From: Amoebidium appalachense
Taxonomy: Eukaryota; Protista; Ichthyosporea
Length of the DNA: 13,478 nucleotides
NCBI GenBank assembly: GCA_963693365.1
Contig: CAVNZM010000079.1
Coordinates: forward strand, 1-13,478
Direction: 5' to 3'
Program-made: the position numbers and the translations under genes
Part shown: positions 9,612 through 13,478 of the stretch, piece after piece
How positions within the stretch are numbered: the first letter of the stretch is position 1
Layout of the letters: each line of letters starts with the position of its first letter
The notes under the pieces: model-generated
What the model saw: the letters and a program-made list of their open reading frames with translations, nothing else
Told to the model about the DNA's origin: nothing
The model's database searches: none

Positions 9612-10540
9612 TTTTGAAGCTTCCACCGACACTTTATCGACACCCCTACTAAATGGTGGATCCGGGCACCATAGTGGTCGTGGCTACGGTGGCGTTTTGC
9701 GTGGGCATGTTCTTTCTCAGTGTCCTTGACTATCTCTTCCCCGTGTTCTCGGAACCGATTAAGGGGGACCCACCCCCGCCATACTCAATCCATGCTGATA
9801 CTTGGTGATTCCTACAGGGGTCCCCGCACTACTACAAGGAGGGCAACTTCATGCTGGTCTCGCCCGCTGCGTTTCTTCACCTGACCACCCAGGTCTTGTA
9901 CGAGTCCCCCCTGGCCCTCGATTTTCTGGGATGGTTTAACAGCGCCCGCAACAAGGAGCTGCACTTGCACGAAACCCGGCTCTATGAGAAGACCCGCGGC
10001 GCGCCCCCTTCCACCACCCCTCTGGATGCCACCCGCCACATTCGCGCTACCTTTGTCGGTTTCCTGGTGGCCACACTCAGCTCGACATCCGTGCTTGACG
10101 TCCACAGCCTGGTGACCATCCTTGAAAAGGTGGCCAATGTGCAAGTCACTTCACGCTTCAAGACCCGCAACATCTGCGCCCCGCACGCCGAGGCGCTGGT
10201 TTTCAAGGTGCTTGCCCAGCGCATCAATATAGACACGGGCGTTTCGATAGCGTCTGCGCTCGACATCAACACGTTGCACCTCTACACGTTTCTCTCGCGC
10301 GCCCTTGAGGCTCTGGATGTTGACGTACCCCATCCACACGGCGTCCCAGCCAGCAGCACCCACAAGGACCCCCAGCTGCGCGACCTGAGGAAGCTGGGTC
10401 GCTCCCTCGAGAAGGACTTTGCCGGCATACGCCAGTTGCCCCTGGAGCCCAAGTCCTTCTTCTATGCCATGCCGGAGCGCCCGGTCACCCCGGCCGGACA
10501 CGAAGTGTGTGCGTGCTTCAGGATGGATCGGAGTCTTTAG
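8464..10540 (+). CDS. Gene B, spliced join(8464..9231,9818..10540), 496 aa: disordered N-terminus, Bro-N-like domain, C-terminal domain shared with gene A
   Basis: Donor GCG|GTAGGA at 9232, acceptor ttcctacAG at 9817, phase 0, in frame with ORF 9851-10540. The join gives YLDAGSICALLGFRDIDEIRDRLDQ...MLVSPAAFLHL...SPLALDFLGWF, matching the Bro-N pattern (F.A.DVC..LGY.N...I...D...ISESGLY.L...S.P.A..F..WV). The donor is weaker than consensus. Confidence 0.75.
9232..9817 (+). other. Predicted GT-AG intron of gene B (586 bp) containing a CA minisatellite
   Basis: Removal excises the repeat tract and restores the frame. Branch-like GCTGAT at ~9794. Confidence 0.7.
9241..9609. repeat. Poly-C then ~10 units of aggcttcc(AC)n, then pure (CA)n
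   Basis: Seen directly. Confidence 0.95.
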
Positions 10541-10829
10541 GTTGGACGGACATGTACGGATGGATGCGTCGCACGAGTCCTGTGCACACGGGGCAGCGCC
10601 GTGCAAGCTTGCACGATTTGGAGTTGTTAGGGCACTTGTCCTGGGATACATACTTTTTTTTAGCTGGCTTGAGTGCGCTTGTACTGGTGGGTTTGGGCTT
10701 TGCTCCGTTTAGCTTCGGCATCGTAGGTGCAGCCGGTTTGGGCGCGCTTGTACTGGTGGGTTTGGGCTTTGCTGCTTTTAGGTTCGGCATCGTAGGTGCA
10801 GCCGGTTTGGGGTTTTGTGTTGGAGCCAT
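10518..10829 (-). CDS. Gene C: small basic Lys/Pro/Ala-rich protein (103 aa) with C4 cluster and RRIHPY motif
   Basis: gccATGg at 10829, TATATAAA at 10862-10855, an in-frame 69-bp tandem duplication (PKPAAPTMP.L..AKPKPTSTSA x2) and C-x6-C-x5-C-x2-C. An alternative ATG lies at 10847. Confidence 0.6.
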   Translation of the reverse strand: MAPTQNPKPAAPTMPNLKAAKPKPTSTSAPKPAAPTMPKLNGAKPKPTSTSALKPAKKKYVSQDKCPNNSKSCKLARRCPVCTGLVRRIHPYMSVQPKDSDPS

Positions 10830-10854
10830 GGCCTCTTCTGTTGGCATTTCAGTC

Positions 10855-11311
10855 TTTATATACACCTACATAATCATCAACAATAGCCGCTAAACATTGC
10901 GCGTTGTCTCGCGCGTGAGCTTTTGCAACCTTGTTTGTATTTGACAGGCCCGATGGCCCATGCCTACCTATCAAATGTGTAATAATCTTATCATGTCACG
11001 TGATAAAAAGCTGACCAATCAGATCGTTTGACATCTGATAATCACCCTTTGATCGCTGAGGAGAAAGGGGGGTTTATCGATCTTGTCTGATTAAATCGCA
11101 TTCCGTGGCGCGGCTTGCCCTGTAAATATTGTTTCAATAAACCCCACTGTTTTTGTCGCTTGTGGGAGATTTCCATGATGCAATGACATTTTTTAATTGA
11201 AGATTGGGTGACAGGCAAACGGTGTCACATGGACATCAACTCTCACCTCAATCGGTTTCGTTTGTTCACCTTTCGCTCACAGCGATTTCTCTTCACCCAC
11301 CCTTGCAAAAC
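10855..11311. promoter_or_regulatory. Divergent intergenic promoter region between genes C and D
   Basis: AT-richer spacer with a TATA box on the - strand, palindromic TCACGTGA at ~10996 and CCAATC at ~11015. Confidence 0.45.
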
Positions 11312-12490
11312 ATGAACGCCCCACTCCCCCACCCACTCCCCCCTCCCCTCCCTTCACCCCCAAAGCCCGTTGAAGGGTGTGAATGCACTCGTTGCACAGA
11401 CCTTCGCGTCTGTGACGGCTCTTCCGACGCGTGTGCCGTCTGCGGTTACCACAACACCCCGCATCTCAAGACGAAATCAAAACACTTCCCCGCCATCACC
11501 CATTTTGTTTGTGGCTGCGACCACTGCCTGACCCTTGCGGCAACAAGTGTTCCCCGTCTGTGTAGTTCGTGCTTCACCTCGCTGTCGACTCACTCTTCTC
11601 CCATGCCCGGCCTCCCCGGCTGCTGCGACACATGCCGTAGCGGCACCCACTGTGCCTTCCGCATCGCCCGTCGCACCCACAACTATATCAACACACAGCG
11701 TCGGCGGGCTTGGAATGCCGTCTACTCCCTGCTGACCACCATACCCGTCCCATGCACGTGCATACCCGACATCCCAGACCCCCTCCCCACCGCCCACCGC
11801 ATGGCCCCGCACAACCCTGCATGTGCCATGTGGCACGTTGGCTTCCCCGCTCCCGTGCCCGAATGTGCCTCCCCCGTCTGTGCATGCACACACTACCGCA
11901 ATGCGGAGGCCTTTCTCGCTCACATGTGTGCGGGTCGCCTGCGCCACCTTGTCACTGACATGTACACCCCCGCCCTCGAATACTGCCCCTTGTGCAGCTG
12001 CCGCCGCCGCCCAGCTTCGCCCGGCACACCCCAGGCCTACGTGGCCGCCGACCTCCCCCTCCGCTTCCATTCCTGTCCTTGTCCACACTGCGTGCACGTC
12101 TTTGCACGCCCTGCCACCGTGCTCGTGTGTGCCGACTGCCACACACTCGTCCTGCAGCATCAGCATGGTGTGGACGGCTGCGCGAGGAGGCTTGTTGGCC
12201 GTAGACGACAGCTGCGACCGGGTTTGGCCCCCCGAAGACTTGTTCCTGCCCCACAAGCCCACACAAACACCCATTTCTCTCCCCAAACCCCACCATGCAC
12301 ATCTCTTCCACCAAGCCCATACCCATCCCCAAGCCCGCTCACACCGCCTGTTAAAGATACTGTATGCAAGAATTTAGAAGTTGAAGATCCCAACTCCCCC
12401 CAGGGTGAGTGGTTGTGGATGCTTTTCCCCTCTGGGTGGCAAAATGTGTGGGTGCCGGCCACCCCGGGCACCCCGCAAAATAAATCGTGA
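11312..12490 (+). CDS. Gene D: Cys/His-rich putative multi-zinc-binding protein (392 aa) with Pro-rich ends
   Basis: Uninterrupted ORF starting aacATG at 11312, with many CxCxxC/CxxC motifs and a Trp-rich tail (GEWLWMLFPSGWQNVWVP). No family recognised. Confidence 0.7.
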   Translation: MNAPLPHPLPPPLPSPPKPVEGCECTRCTDLRVCDGSSDACAVCGYHNTPHLKTKSKHFPAITHFVCGCDHCLTLAATSVPRLCSSCFTSLSTHSSPMPGLPGCCDTCRSGTHCAFRIARRTHNYINTQRRRAWNAVYSLLTTIPVPCTCIPDIPDPLPTAHRMAPHNPACAMWHVGFPAPVPECASPVCACTHYRNAEAFLAHMCAGRLRHLVTDMYTPALEYCPLCSCRRRPASPGTPQAYVAADLPLRFHSCPCPHCVHVFARPATVLVCADCHTLVLQHQHGVDGCARRLVGRRRQLRPGLAPRRLVPAPQAHTNTHFSPQTPPCTSLPPSPYPSPSPLTPPVKDTVCKNLEVEDPNSPQGEWLWMLFPSGWQNVWVPATPGTPQNKS

Positions 12491-12512
12491 AGACTTGGCA
12501 TCTGTACATCTG

Positions 12513-12518
12513 TACACA

Positions 12519-12559
<41 letters not shown>

Positions 12560-13019
12560 ACACACATGCACACCACACACACACACCACACACACACACA
12601 CCACACACACACCACACACACACACCACACACATGCACACCACACACATGCACACACACACACACACACCACACACACACCACACACACACACCACACAC
12701 ACGCATACGCACCACACACACCACACACACCACACACACACACCACACACACCACACACACCACACACACCACACACACACACCACACACACCACACACA
12801 CCACACACACACACCACACACACCACACACACCACACACACCACACACACACACCACACACACCACACACACCACACACACACACCACACACACCACACA
12901 CACCACACACACCACACACACACACCACACACACACACACACACACCACACACACCACACACACCACACACACACACCACACACACCACACACACCACAC
13001 ACACCACACACACACACCA

Positions 13020-13050
<31 letters not shown>

Positions 13051-13140
13051 CCACACACACCACACACACACACCACACACACACAGTCACCACACACACA
13101 CACACACACACACCACACACACACACCACACACACGCATA
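12513..13140. repeat. Compound CA satellite built from C(CA)n units, mostly 9 and 13 bp
   Basis: accacacac / accacacacacac arrays with a few catg interruptions. Confidence 0.95.
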
Positions 13141-13219
13141 CGCACATGCATGTTTCAGATACGTCCAAGTGTGGTTATGTATTGACTTTTATTCAATCTT
13201 GCTGTCGTTGAGTCTCGCT

Positions 13220-13300
13220 TCTATGAAAACTACTCCGGGACGTGTGTTGCCTCTAGGGGGACATCCCCTTGGACGAAAGTGAACCTGCAATGGTTGTAAA
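13220..13300 (-). repeat. Right arm of long-range inverted repeat
   Basis: Reverse complement of 1-82. Confidence 0.95.
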
Positions 13301-13478
13301 CCACGGCAAGCCCCCAGTCATCAATTTATTGATCCGTGAGGTCCTTGTGCCCAAAAAACGGGGGAAGTCTTCGCCCCGTGAAAAAACAGCACGCATGTGT
13401 GGATCAATGGGGGTGTGTGTGGGTGTAGGTGGGTGGGTGAAAAGAAAATGTATAGCCGTAAAGGCTGTAGGTGCTCAA

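Noticed and set aside
13260-13285. ggacgaaa in the inverted arm, resembling the 3' half of a hammerhead
   Set aside because: There is no CTGANGA partner upstream.

Overview
Eukaryotic, (CA)n-rich DNA with no bacterial-type operon. An ~82-bp inverted repeat brackets the window (1-82 vs 13220-13300). Between the arms lie five plausible genes and one pseudogene, separated by CA/TG micro- and minisatellites. The ORF track splits the main result: two GT-AG introns (5884-6177 and 9232-9817, both phase 0) join ORF pairs into two long, divergent paralogues. Gene A (430 aa) has a phage antirepressor AntA-like DNA-binding domain and gene B (496 aa) a Bro-N-like one. Both share a ~150-aa C-terminal domain that I do not recognise. 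A third, disrupted copy lies at 1394-1810 (-). Neighbouring genes encode a BAG-domain plus winged-helix-like fusion, a small basic Lys/Pro protein with a C4 cluster and a PY-NLS-like motif, and a Cys/His-rich protein. Promoters are Pol II type (TATA, clustered CCAAT, CRE). My best reading is an intronised, virus-derived (large DNA virus or large transposon cargo) nuclear regulator cluster. No polymerase, capsid, integrase or transposase gene is visible. All domain calls are by eye and need HMM or structure confirmation.
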